Source of the DNA: Octopus vulgaris
Taxonomy: Eukaryota
Direction: 5' to 3'
Assembly (NCBI GenBank): GCA_951406725.2
Contig: OX597818.1
Coordinates: 60,574,001 to 60,638,000, forward strand
Length of the DNA stretch: 64,000 nucleotides
Shown: positions 42,945-56,101 of the stretch, in pieces
Numbering within the stretch: position 1 is the stretch's first letter
How the letters are laid out: every line of letters begins with the position of its first letter
Position numbers and translations under genes: made by a program
Notes under the pieces: generated by a model
The model's input: only the letters and a program-made list of their open reading frames with translations
What the model was told of the DNA's origin: nothing
Database searches by the model: none

Positions 42945-43555
42945 TCTTTTATTCTTTTATTTGTTTCAGTCATTTGACTGCGGCCATGCTGGGGCAATGC
43001 CTTTAGTCGAACAAATCTTTTGCCGAACCGTTAACTTACACCAACATCGGTTGTCAAGCGATGGTGGGTGGTGGGGTACAAACACTGAAACACAGACACA
43101 CACAGACACACACACACAAATAAACACACGCATACATATATATACATATAAATAAATATATACGACGGCTTCCGTCTACCAAATCCACGCTCAAGGCTTT
43201 GGTCGGCCTGAGTCTATAGTAGAGGACGCTTGCCCAAGGTGTCACGCAGTGGGTCTGAACCTGGAACCATGTGGTTCGTAAGCTAAATAAATGAACATTA
43301 AATATAGCAGTACCAAACATCAAGAGGCCGTAAATGGGAGACATTTCGGGCATTAGCTCTTCGTAGAAAGAAGGAAAAGGGTAAAGTCTAAAGCAGAAAA
43401 AAAAAATCACTCCAGCATATATATGACAGGCTTCTTTCAGTTTCTGTCTACCAAATCCACTCACAAGGCTTTAGTCGGCTCGAGGCTATAGTAGAAGACA
43501 CTTTGCCCAATGTGCCACGCGGTGGGACTGAACCCGGAACCATGTAGTTGGTAAG

Positions 43556-43608
<53 letters not shown>

Positions 43609-43762
43609 TACGACGGGCTTCTTTCAGTTTCTGTCTATCAAATCCACTCAGAAGGCTTTGGTCGGCCCGAGGCTATAGTAGAGGACGCTTGCCCAAGGTG
43701 CCCCACAGTGGGACTAAACCCGGAACCATGTGGTTGGTAAGCAAGCTACTTAACACACAGCC
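42945..43762 (-). mobile_element. Cluster of three partial SINE C copies
   Basis: Segments 42945-43283, 43420-43557 and 43605-43762. Confidence 0.8.
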
Positions 43763-44154
43763 AAACATTTTTTTTTACATGACATAAAAACAAACATTAT
43801 AAATATATGTATATAATAAGTGAGAGAGAGTGAAAGGAGGAGGTGGTGGAGGTGGGAGCGTGAGTGTCGCTGTTGGAATTTGTGTAATATAAATCAACGC
43901 GGGGAGTTGTTTTGTTTTCACTTTTTGCTTGTTGTTTTCTTTGATTTTATTTTGAGGTAATAAATATTTTTCTTTTAAAAATTAGTATTCATTTCACCAT
44001 TTTGAGTAAACACCAAGAAATTTGATAACAGATAAATTATAATTATTTTTATGAATGTTATTTTTTAAAAATATATATATATATTACCTATAGCGGCAAA
44101 AACATGCTTCCTAATTTACCTGTAATACCCCAGTTAACACTCCAGTATATATAT

Positions 44155-44388
44155 GTTTCTATATTACCCACAAGGGTCTAAACACCGAGGGGACAAACAA
44201 GGACAGACAAAGGGATTAAGTCGATTATATCGACCCCCAATGCGTAATTGGTACTTAATTTATCGACCCCGAAAGGATGAAAGGCAATGCCGACCTCGGC
44301 GGAATTTGAACCCAGAACGTAACGGCAGGCCAAATACCGCTAAGCATTTCGCCCGGTATGCTAATGTTTCTGCCAGCTATTCGCCTTA
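44155..44388 (-). mobile_element. SINE family A
   Basis: Full head and tail. Confidence 0.85.
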
Positions 44389-44703
44389 AAAAGTGACTAG
44401 ATCCGCCAATATATGTCGAAACCCGGGATCTCTTGACCAAAATTTCTTATTTAAGAATATTTATTGTGAAGAAATTCTAGTCGATCACGTTTCAACGAGA
44501 ATTATGTTTATGTTACCTACCCTTAGAAAACGGAAAGCTCATAAATGAAAGTCAACAAGATGAAAAAAATAAAACAGCAAAGAAGATAGAATACAATACT
44601 TGGGCTTTCCTTTCCCAAACCATATAAATTAATTATGAGTAATTACTTTGCTGAAATTATATAAAGAAGACTATTGGTTCTTGTTTTACTTTTCTGTGGG
44701 TGC

Positions 44704-44750
44704 TTCCGGCTGACAAGACATAAATATGTCGAAACACCGGTGTCCTAGAA
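44704..44750 (+). ncRNA. Minimal hammerhead motif (G8A variant)
   Basis: UUCCGG CUGACAA GACAU-AAAU-AUGUC GAAAC ACCGGU GUC CUAGAA; palindromic stem III. Confidence 0.55.
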
Positions 44751-44765
44751 ACCCTTGTATCAATA

Positions 44766-44961
44766 AATCCCTCTCAACGCATGGCTATGGTGCTCCCCCA
44801 CTACTTCTGCTCGTGATCAGAGATGCACATATCGTCAGCCACTAAGGGACGTGCTCAACTGGTTAAGGTCAAACAACTGACAAGCAAATCTGTGGTATTG
44901 AGCAGAATATTTGCTGTAGCCCTTCTTTTATACTAAGACAAAACAATGTACATGACAACAC

Positions 44962-44963
<2 letters not shown>
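44766..44963 (-). mobile_element. TAA-associated element G, truncated copy
   Basis: Reverse complement of 49887-50085, abutting (TTA)n. Confidence 0.8.
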
Positions 44964-45020
<57 letters not shown>

Positions 45021-45033
45021 GTTATTATTATTG

Positions 45034-45097
<64 letters not shown>

Positions 45098-45113
45098 CAT
45101 TATTATCATTATT
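44963..45113. repeat. (TTA)n microsatellite
   Basis: Direct reading. Confidence 0.95.
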
Positions 45114-45779
45114 AAACCGGCAACCCCACTAAGCTTGCTTGGTGAGGAGGGATGATTTTCTACACCCTGCGGTATTAAAAACAAAACCCGGCAAAGGGCA
45201 AAGGAACTCAGAAGAATCAATGGCCATTCCGAAAACGGTAGATGGAACTCGTGAGCCTTGTTTGGTATTCTGTTAAGGAGAAGGAACGCTGATTTAAACC
45301 TGGGGTAGACATGACTCCTTAGTCACATTGGTGACGATCTGTCAGTCTCCAACGGCTCTATGCTTGGGATGAAAGCGAATGAACCACAAATCGGGACTTA
45401 ATTCCGGAGCAATATTTGGATGAAGATACGGGACCCTAGTGAGAAACCGGATCATGGAACCCAACGCACAGAAATGCGAAGGGAACAGGCCCAACTTATG
45501 GGTAGTAAGAGCTCTGCAATCTTGGTTGACTATCTTACTTGAGATAGTGTCTCGATAAAAATTCCGGTTGGTGGCTAACCTTAAAACACAAACCTCATTT
45601 TTGAGTGAAAATTTGTAATATAACTTTATCAAATAACGGTGTTAATGAGACTGAAACCAAAGGTAAAAGCCTTTCTCCCAGCAGGTACTCTGTAGTTTAG
45701 CAGCCCAGGCCCGGTCGAACTCGGGAGCTTAATGAGATACCGAGTCAAAAGTAAGGAAACCTTGCTAGTGACAGGAACA

Positions 45780-46252
45780 AGGGAGTATTGAGACTAGCAA
45801 AATCCTGGGGTTTCCTAATCGAAAAAGATCAGGTGCTAGAGCATAACTAGTGGTGGTGGACAAGGTGTACCACATATGCTATATGGTTGATGTGACACGT
45901 CCCTTGACTCACAAATAGTCATGAAGGAAGGCGAAAAGATAGATAGATGCAACCCTCTTAAGTACGAAATACTCCGGCTATGGAAAATGAAGAAAGTGAA
46001 GATAGTGTTAAGTATTGTTGGGTCTTTGGAACAGTATCAGAAGGCATCAAGAGGAATATAAAGGAAATTGGAATAGAGGGCCCAGTAGAAGAGTAACAGA
46101 ACATTTGCCTCCTTGGCACTGCCAGAATAATCAGGAAAGTAGTAGATAACTGAAAATAACAACGAGATGGCATGGTACCGTAGGCTGCAAGAAGCAAACC
46201 CACTACGCATGCAAAACTCTAGAAGTGCTAACAAAATCTGCGATAAACAGAA
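45780..46252 (+). pseudogene. R4/Dong-type non-LTR retrotransposon RLE domain + 3' end
   Basis: DQVLEHN*..VVVDKVYHICYMVDVTRPLDSQIVMKEGEKIDRCNPLKYEILRLWKMKKVKIV..VGSL/GTV..QNICLLGTARIIRKVVDN*. Ends in aataataat. Confidence 0.8.
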
Positions 46253-46793
46253 ATAATAATATTAATTATTATTATTATTATTATTGTTGTTGTTGTCGTC
46301 ATCGTCATCGTTGTGCATCGTAACGTTGATATTATAAAGATAAAAAAAAATTAACAGTGAATATATTTCTAAGAATAATTGGTTTGCTAATGAAGTAATA
46401 ATCTTATTTGGGTGTAGGTAAAGAAAGATACCGTAAATATTTCATGAAGCTTCTATTTACACCGAAGAATATGGTAAGAAAATTTAGTAGAATTAGCTCG
46501 GATTATAGCATTGAGAATGTTGTTAGTTCCGAAGAAACAGACGAAAATATTAAGGAAAATTAAAACATAACATACCAGAATGCTAACTTAATATATAACG
46601 CAAGGCGAATATAGAATTATAAAATTAGAAGAAGCATTAATATTTAAAGAGCTGAATGGATAAATAAACATGTGTTTATTTAGGATTTGGTTAAGTGAAA
46701 ATAATATAGAAAATAAGAAGCTGCAAATCTAATAAAAATGTGCAGCTAATATAAATAGCTAATAAAATAATTATAAAAAAATGTAACTAATAT

Positions 46794-47190
46794 GGCGTAG
46801 GAGTGACTGTGTGGTAAGTAGCTTGCTTACAAAGCATATGGTTCCGGGTTCAGTTCCTCTGCGTGACACTTTGGGCAAGTCTGCTCTATTATAGCCTCGG
46901 GCCGACCAAAGCCTTGTGAGTGGATTTGGTAGACGGAAACTGATAGAAGCCCGTCGAATACATGTGTGTGTGTGTGTGTGTGCATGTGTCTGTCTGTCTG
47001 TCTGTCTGTGTTTGTCCTCCCACCATCGCTCGACAGCCAATGCTGGTGTATTTACGATCCCATAATATAGCGGTTCAGCAAAAGAGACTGATAGAATAAG
47101 AACCAGGTTTACAAAGAATAAGTCCTGGGTTCGATTTGTGCGACTAAAAGGCTGTGCTCCAGCATGGCCGAAGTCAAATGACCAAAACGA
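46794..47190 (+). mobile_element. SINE family C
   Basis: Consensus head, body and tail. Confidence 0.85.
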
Positions 47191-47450
47191 ATACATGAAC
47201 AAAAGAATAACAGACAATAAAGAATCAGTTACTGAATTCAATATTACAGGTCAAACGGAGCAGAAGATTCTCATATCTGTACAGGCCTGGTTCTAAATAA
47301 GGGAAACCAAAATTTTAGTTTAGAGACTTCAAACTATACCGATGACAGCAGTAGTCTCAGCAGAATCAACGTTTCCATGCAAACATAGAAAGAAGCAGAA
47401 AACGTTTTGAAGCAAATGTAAAGATGATAGTATTATTGTTTTTAATACTT

Positions 47451-48086
47451 CATCATCATCATCATCATCGTTTAACGTCCGTTTTCCATGCTAGCACGGG
47501 TTGGACTGTTCGTCCGGGGTCTGGGAAGCCAGGTGGCTGCACCAGGCACCAATCCGATCTGGTAGTGTTTCTGCAGCTGGATGCCCTTCCTAACGCCAAC
47601 CACTCCGTGAGTGTAGTCGGTGCTTTTTACGTGCCACCGGCACAGGTACCAGGCGAGGCTGGCAAAGGCCACGATCGGTTGGTGCTTTTTACGTGCCATC
47701 GGCACGGAAGCCAGTCGAGGCGGCGCTGGCAACGGCTTCATTCAGATGGTGATTTTTACGTGCCACCGGCACTGGTATCACAACTATAATTTCCATTGAC
47801 TTTTTGATCGATTTCGATTTCACTTGCATCAACAGGTCTTCGCAAAAGCAGAGTTTTGTGTCCAAAGAAGGACTGGTATGCATAAGTGGACTGGCTACAT
47901 CCCAAGTAAAGGCCACGGGTCATGGTCTCACTTGTCCTTCCGGGTTTTCTCAAGCACATCATATTTCCAAAGGTCTCGGTCACTAGTCAGTGCCTCGGTG
48001 AGACCTAATGTTCGAAGGTCGTGCGTCACCACCTCGTCCCATATTTTCCTGGGTCTACCTCTTCCACAGGTTCCCTCAACCGCTAA
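47451..48086 (-). mobile_element. RTE-clade LINE 3' end (ORF C-terminus, 3' UTR, (GAT)n tail)
   Basis: LAVEGTCGRGRPRKIWDEVVTHDLRTLGLTEALTSDRDLWKYDVLEKTRKDK*; UTR with ggatgcccttcctaacgccaacc; (CAT)n at 47451. Confidence 0.85.
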
Positions 48087-48859
48087 GGTATATTACTCTC
48101 GGTATTGGTGATGTTGGATATAATTCTAACAAAATGTATCTCCTTCGTATGTTCTGTAATGTATGCATAGGTTACCCTGAATGTCAAATTGTAAAAACTT
48201 ATCATTCGATCTCTCTGGAGGCGTTGGGAATCCCTTTATGACAGATTACGGTATTATTTCATAAAATTAAAGGGAAATATATTTAATGTTATAGAGGACC
48301 CTATAAAAATATATTTTACTAATAATAAACATGTTCTATTTAGACGACTCAATGAATTTAATATGGTCGTTTGCAAATTGACTTTAAGAGAGTTAACTGT
48401 GAAATATGGCTGTTTAGTTTAGAGATGAGGTTCTTTAATTGTTATCCAAATAAGAAATTCTCTTATATTCATGAGTGTTTGTTTCATTCAACGCATTCCA
48501 ATATTCCAAGGAGGCTTTTATTTTTAAATGTACTTGTAACAGAATTCAAAACAAAGCGATTATACGTATTAATGGCTGTTTTATATAAGCTATTGACTTT
48601 ACCATTATGCAAATAGACCGCTCCGTAATTACGTATTCCTTTAATCTTTCTACTCAATTTAAGTTGGAATATATTGCCAGATTTTAAAAATTTGATATTT
48701 TTAATAGGAGCAAAAATGCCGTCTTCACAAGTTTGTCAATCAATCCTTTTTATTGTGGCATACTTACGGTTATAAAACCGCTTTTCTAAGCCAGAAGTCA
48801 ACCACATTAGCCCTTTAATGAAACTGCCATTTTCGTTTTTTTTTTCAAAAAAGTACTTA

Positions 48860-49287
48860 GGCGCAGGAGTGGCTGTGTGGTAAGTAGCTTGCTAACCAAC
48901 CACATGGTTCCGGGTTCAGTCCCACTGTGCGGCATCTTGGGCAAGTGTCTTCTGCTATAGCCCCGGGCCGACCAATGCCTTGTGAGTGGATTTGGTAGAC
49001 AGAAACTGAAAGAAGCCTGTCGTATATATATATCTGTGTGTGTGTGTGTGTGTGTGTGTTTGTGTGTCTGTGTTTGTTCCCCGAGCATTGCTTGACAACC
49101 GATGCTGGTGTGTTTACGTCCCCGTCACTTAGCGGTTCGGCAAAAAGAGACCAATAGAATAAGTACTGGGCTTACAAAAAGAATAAGTCCCGGGGTCGAG
49201 TTGCTCGACTAAAGGCGGTGCTCCAGCATGGCCGCAGGCAAATGACTGAAACAAGTAAAAGAGTAAAAGAGTGAAGAGTAAGAGAAT
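48860..49287 (+). mobile_element. SINE family C
   Basis: Near-consensus full length. Confidence 0.9.
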
Positions 49288-49409
49288 AAATGTTCTTAGT
49301 GGGAATAACAACATATTTGTAGAAATGTCCAGAGATTGCTTTTGTAGTTTAGAGTTGCCGTTTCAAAATACAGTTCGACGTGGTAGTTTCACGAAGGAAA
49401 CTGTCCTTT

Positions 49410-49770
49410 CATTGTTTCAGCCACTAGGCTGCGGCAATGCTGGGGTACTGCCTTGAAGAATTTTTAGTCGAACGAATCGACACCAGTACTTATTTTTTAA
49501 CCCTGGTACCTATTCAATCGGATCCTATTGACGAACCGTTAAGTAACGGATGCATAAACAAAAGCGGTGGTTGGGAACAGACATGTACACACACACACAC
49601 ATATGCAACGGGCTTCTTTTCGTTTCCGCCTACCATTTAACTCTCTTAAAGTTGCAAGGCTTTGGTCGGCCCGAGGCTAGAGTAAAATAAATTTGCATAA
49701 GGTGCCACGCAGTGGTACTGATCCCATAACCATGAGACTCGGAAGGAAGTTTCATACGATACAGGCCATG
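49410..49770 (-). mobile_element. SINE family C, diverged
   Basis: Tail, body and head recognisable. Confidence 0.7.
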
Positions 49771-49830
49771 ACTTATTAGAACAATAATAATAATAATAAT
49801 AATAATTATAATAATAATAATAATAATAAA

Positions 49831-50329
49831 TGCCCTGGTGCAGTACCAGGCAGTGGCTCTCATGGCTTCTGATCTTAACTAATTGGAAGTGTTATCATGT
49901 ACATTGTTTTGTCTTGGCACAAAAGATGGGTTACAGCAAATATTCTGCTCAATACCACTGATTTGCTTGTCAGTTGTTTGACCTTAACCAGTTGAGCATG
50001 TATCTTAGTGGCTGACGATATGTGCATCTCTGATCACGAGCAAAAGTAGTGGGGGAGCATCATAGCCGTGTGTTGAGAGGGATTCTTTGGGGTTTGAATA
50101 ATTCACCTCTGGAAACATGGGTGTTTCGTTCAACATCCTTAAACAACCCTTATTCAGGGACCTTTCGAGTGGGATGGGTTACTCGACCTGAAGAAAATTC
50201 TAACTGGGTCCCACCTGTTGTGATGTATGTGCCTAGTGTACCCTTATCAGACGGGTAGTCATGATGGATATACTGGGCTTCGTATATTTTACCCCAGTGT
50301 CACTTTGATGGCATGCACTGCTCACTCAC

Positions 50330-50330
<1 letters not shown>
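49831..50330 (+). mobile_element. TAA-associated non-coding element G (~500 bp)
   Basis: Bounded on both sides by (TAA)n. Homologous copies at 50832-51030 and 44766-44963. Confidence 0.8.
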
Positions 50331-50382
<52 letters not shown>

Positions 50383-50388
<6 letters not shown>

Positions 50389-50811
50389 CTGAGCAAATAT
50401 AAAGATCTTGAAATAGAAATCAGCAAAATGTGGAAGCTGAAGACTAAAACAATACCTGTTGTCATAGGTGCCCTGGGAATGATAGCAAAAGGGGCTGATA
50501 GCTACCTAACTCAGATACCAGGAAACCCAAAAATGGCAGAAGTTCAAAAGATAGTGCTCATGGGAACTGCTCATATCCTACGCAAAATACTCTCTATGTA
50601 ATCTCAAGGTTTAAAACAAACATAATTTTCGGTTTAAAAAAAAAAAAAAAAACTTTTTTTTAGACATTCATTAGTACAACATCCCCACCCCCCAAATATA
50701 TGGCACACTAGGCATAACAACAACATGAACTTCCAACCCTGTTGTCTCTTGAGGTCTCTGGGTGAGACTTGGAGCCAACTTGTACAAATATAAAGCAAAA
50801 GTCAAACATAG
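50383..50811 (+). mobile_element. R4/Dong-type retrotransposon 3' end in (TAA)n
   Basis: KKLSKYKDLEIEISKMWKLKTKTIPVVIGALGMIAKG...VQKIVLMGTAHILRKILSM* (open RLE C-terminus), then UTR and (AAT)n. Confidence 0.85.
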
Positions 50812-50831
50812 AATAATAATAATAATAATAA

Positions 50832-51030
50832 TTGATGCAGTACCAGACAGTGGCTCTCGTGGCTTCTGATCTTAACTGATTGGAAGTGTTATCATGTACA
50901 TTGTTTTGTCTTGGTATAAAATATGGATTACAGCAAATATTCTGCTCAATACCACAGATTTGACCTTAACCAGTTGACCATGTCCCTTAGCGGCTGACAT
51001 CTGCATCTCTGAGCACTGCTCTCTCACTCA
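50832..51030 (+). mobile_element. Element G, internally deleted copy
   Basis: Retains 5' gcagtaccag..ctgatcttaac and 3' gcactgctctctcactc-(AAT)n. Confidence 0.8.
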
Positions 51031-51644
51031 ATAATAATAATAATAGTTTACGTCTTTAAAAAGTGGTTATCAACATCATTCCATCAAAAATTTGTTAACT
51101 TTGAATTTAGTAAAACCACATTTTACGATAAATGAATGAAGATTACAGAAGAAAAGTAGACAAAATATAATTCCAGTCTCGTCTTACATGGCTAGACAAA
51201 TACATAATAGAGAAACTTATGAAATATTTGCACAGGCAATGGAATATTGGCATTCGATACTTCTAGCGATACAGGAGTAATCCTTAGTTACGAGATATCC
51301 GACATTTGTACAAGGAAGTATAAATGTAAATACACAGACGTGTATCACCGTAGTTGTAGCAAACCTAGCTAAAAGTATCCGAGCCACCCACTACAGTACT
51401 ACAACTATCCAACCATTTAAGAGCAGGTACGAGTATAAAACACAGACACCTTCATATACGCGGGTGCGTACACACGCACACGTGACGATATATGTGCGTG
51501 TGTGTTTTTAAATCTTTTAACTGTTTCAGTATTATTTAGACTGGTGCCATGCTGGAGCACATCTTTGAAGAACTTTAATCAAATGGATCGATCTGAGGAC
51601 TTAGCATTTTAAAGCCTGGTACTTATTTTATGTAGAACAAATAT

Positions 51645-51780
51645 AGTATTATTGGACGCTCAGGAAGGAAGGAAAGAAGGGAGGTTTAAGGTTTCGAGCG
51701 GAGCTCTTCGTCGGAAACATAGGAGAAAGAAAGGTCCAGAGAAGGGAAGACAGAGGAAAAAAAATCGCCAACGGTGCGTA
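51645..51780 (-). mobile_element. PLE-derived fragment with a hammerhead-like core at 51684-51718
   Basis: GUUU CCGACGA A GAGC UCC GCUC GAAAC CUU AAAC, followed by ttcctgagcg as in the 17475/31520 family. Confidence 0.5.
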
Positions 51781-52007
51781 CAGTATGTATGTGTGTGTGT
51801 ATGTATGCATGTATGTATGTGTGTATATACATACATACATACATATATATACACCCATACACACACACATATATTTATATGTATATATATATATATGAGG
51901 GTAGACGAAACACCGGCTTGCTAGAGAGTGGAGGTAAAAACCCCCAACTTAACCAATAATGTTATTGCTATTGTTATTATCAATTATTCACATAAAATAA
52001 TAATAAC

Positions 52008-52069
<62 letters not shown>

Positions 52070-52081
52070 TAATAATAATTC

Positions 52082-52470
<389 letters not shown>

Positions 52471-52561
52471 ATATCTTTACGAATATCTATTTTGAATATT
52501 TAATCATTCTTATATATATATATATATATATACGAGAAAGAAGCAACAAGAATGGATTGGT

Positions 52562-52652
52562 TTTTAGTACAATTGTTTCATACAAAGACAGGCTTTATTA
52601 CAAGTTGCAAAAATTGCAGCAGATAAAAGTGTCCCGTACTCATCAGCTAAAA
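52562..52652 (-). ncRNA. Type I hammerhead ribozyme motif with an intact core
   Basis: UUUUAG CUGAUGA GUAC(GGGAC...GUCUUU)GUAU GAAAC AAUU GUA CUAAAA: perfect 6-bp stem I, palindromic stem III, GUA cleavage triplet. Confidence 0.75.
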
Positions 52653-53127
52653 TACATTTGAGTTCTCTAGACATCTTAGTGGGTGAGGTTATACTCATGA
52701 AATATTGGAGATAGTTCCATTAGAGGCAGATATAGGTTGTAAACAGTTTTTCAAAGTTCCTTAATGATGATGCACAGTCTTATCACAGATTTTTAAAAAA
52801 CTTATTAGTTTCGAAGAGAAGATGATATATATATATCCATCTCATATCAGGACTCTTGCCCAATGTGCCACGCTGTGGGGGACTGAACCCAGAACCATAC
52901 GGTTGGGAAGCAAGCTTCTTACCACACAGCTACGCCTCTTCCTATGCCTGTATATATACATACATTCATATATACATACATGTGTGTGTATGTATAAGCT
53001 GACATAAACTTATAAAATTTATGTATATTATTTACAACGGTGTGTGTGTATATGTTGTTTATTACTTCATTTTCTTTATTTAGTATGTAGCTGATATATA
53101 TACCAATAAATATGTGTACGTTTATGG

Positions 53128-53167
<40 letters not shown>

Positions 53168-53692
53168 GTGTAAGTATATATATACACATATATGTTTGTA
53201 TGCATGTATGTAGGCATCTTTCTATATGAATATGTGTGTCTGTGTGTATTAACCTACCACAAAACAAAAGAAAAATGCAATGGCAGACAAAATGAATATC
53301 TACACACCGCCTGTAAATGCTAACCATAAATTTTTAACTATTTAGTGACGTGATTTAGCATAACGTATTAAATTAATTCATAGAGTATATTATATATGCA
53401 AGCTATATATATATATATATATCTGTTTATATGAATATTTGTGATCATATAATATAAAATGCGTGTGTGTAGGTGTGGGCGCGTGAGTTCTTGTTGAGGA
53501 AAGCAAACGTGAAATATTTTACTCTGTTCCAATAAAATAATCTCTTTACTTATATACACCCGTATGGCAAATGTAGGATGTGACTGAAAGAGTAGGAACC
53601 GATTCACTGTTACAAATATATATCTTATAGACAGACATACATACATACATACATACATACATACATACATACAGACAGACAGACAGACAGAC

Positions 53693-53781
<89 letters not shown>

Positions 53782-53786
<5 letters not shown>

Positions 53787-53866
53787 ATAGACAGGCAATC
53801 AGACTGACAGGCAGAGAGACAGACAGACAGATGGGTAGTTAGATAGGTAGGTTGGTAGTTCGGAAC

Positions 53867-53910
<44 letters not shown>

Positions 53911-54061
53911 GTTTCTTTATTAGCCACACAGGGCTGCACACAGACGGGACAAATTACAAGGTAGAGCTTTTCTTTTTGGGGAGAAAGAAAAAAAAGGGTA
54001 GGTTTTCGATCAAAAGGGATCGTAAAAGGAAAGAAAAAAAAGGGAGGGAGAAAAAAGGATC

Positions 54062-54127
<66 letters not shown>

Positions 54128-54207
54128 ATAGACAGGCAATCAGACTGACAGGCAGAGAGACAGACAGACAGATGGGTAGTTAGATAGGTAGGTTGGTAGT
54201 TCGGAAC

Positions 54208-54259
<52 letters not shown>

Positions 54260-54407
54260 GTTTCTTTATTAGCCACACAGGGCTGCACACAGACGGGACA
54301 AATTACAAGGTAGAGCTTTTCTTTTGGGGAGAAAGAAAAAAAGGGTAGGTTTTCGATCAAAAGGGATCGTAAAAGGAAAGAAAAAAGGGAGGGGAGAAAA
54401 AAGGATC

Positions 54408-54475
<68 letters not shown>
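53782..54475. repeat. ~340-bp tandem duplication bounded by (GATA)n
   Basis: Units ~53782-54122 and ~54123-54475 are near-identical. Confidence 0.9.
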
Positions 54476-54479
<4 letters not shown>

Positions 54480-54660
54480 AGAAAATGGAAATGTGAAAAG
54501 ACCGAAATAGAAGATAGTTAAGATTTCAGTTGATATGTACGAAAGAAATGTTTTTCCTATATACACAAATATATAAAATTTAAAGGACTGACCACTAAAA
54601 TGGACAGCCTATATGCTAAACATAGACGTCAAATCGCCATTACCACGAAGAATGTGTTAG

Positions 54661-54907
54661 GTGACGTATGAGGGTTCGTCAATTTCTTGCCGAACAACCA
54701 CACAGATGATTTGTTTCATATGATCAAATGTTTCTGTTCACATAAGCCCAGACCCGCCATCAAATCAACATTACCTGTACAGGTGCTCCGTGTGCTACAT
54801 GTCAGAGGACGAAATGTTCGCAGAGCAACGCGAAACGAAGTGATATCGAAACCACGACCTCGTAATCGTGAGTGCAACACCTTAATTACTAAGCCATACG
54901 TCTTCAC
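54661..54907 (-). mobile_element. tRNA-headed SINE variant (D-like head, distinct body)
   Basis: Minus strand gtgaagacgtatggcttagt..gtttcgat..cacttcgtttcgcgttgctc. Confidence 0.6.
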
Positions 54908-54996
54908 GTGTAAGTATATATATATGTATATATATATATAGGGGGCCCCCCTTCAACCGTGAGGTCGCTACACCTGTAGCAAAAATCTTCTTCACT

Positions 54997-55116
<120 letters not shown>

Positions 55117-55118
55117 TG

Positions 55119-55169
<51 letters not shown>

Positions 55170-55170
<1 letters not shown>

Positions 55171-55423
55171 TGGAGGCGCGTGGCTTAGTGGTTAGGGTGT
55201 CAACACCTTGATCGTAAGATTGTGGTTTCGATTCCTGGATCGGGCGACGCGTTGTGTTCTTGAGCAAATCACTTCATTTCACGTTGCTGCAGTTCACTCA
55301 GCTAGCAAAAAGGAGTAACACTGCAATGGACTGGCGTCCCGTCCAGCTGGGTAACACATACGCCATAGAAACCGGAAAACTGGGACCATGAGCCTGGCTA
55401 GGCTTTAAAAGGGCGCATTTATT
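55170..55423 (+). mobile_element. SINE family D
   Basis: A-box tggcttagtgg, B-box gtttcgattcc, body ttgtgttcttgagcaaa.cactt, tail gc.atggactggcgtcccgtccag. Confidence 0.9.
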
Positions 55424-55432
55424 ATCTATCTG

Positions 55433-55516
<84 letters not shown>

Positions 55517-55924
55517 GTATATATATATATATATTCAGTATATATATATTCAGTGCTGAATTATTCTGAATATACATGTGTACCGAGATGCAATTTGAAA
55601 AGCCCGCCTCTTACATAAATCTATAAGAGTGGACATCTCTATAGATACATTTTGGTGTTCGTCTGGTATGTTGGTTTTGTTTATTTTTATGTGTCTTGGT
55701 TATGCCTGCACTGCCGATTAGAAAGTGGATTATGTACACTAACTATGAAGTCATATGATTTACGGCTGAATCTGTTTTTAAGAGGTTGGTTTCGAAAGTT
55801 GGATTCCCTCTCGTTCGTACCGAACTGTGTAATTATTGTGGTAGTTTTGACTTTGAGAGTCCCTAATAGCGTGAGGCATATATGTATAGTAATGCCCTAA
55901 ATATACAAAATATATACATGTAGA

Positions 55925-55983
<59 letters not shown>

Positions 55984-56054
55984 ATATGTATACATATATA
56001 GATATATGTGTGTGTGTATATATATATACACACATATATATATATGTGTGTGAG

Positions 56055-56101
<47 letters not shown>

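Noticed and set aside
49834-49850. cctggtgcagtaccagg resembling U2 snRNA stem-loop IV
   Set aside because: Too short, and the second copy at 50832 does not keep the hairpin.
55170-55245. tRNA gene-like sequences (also 7907, 32152, 41792)
   Set aside because: They are SINE heads with A/B boxes that continue into repeat bodies; no clean cloverleaf or terminator.
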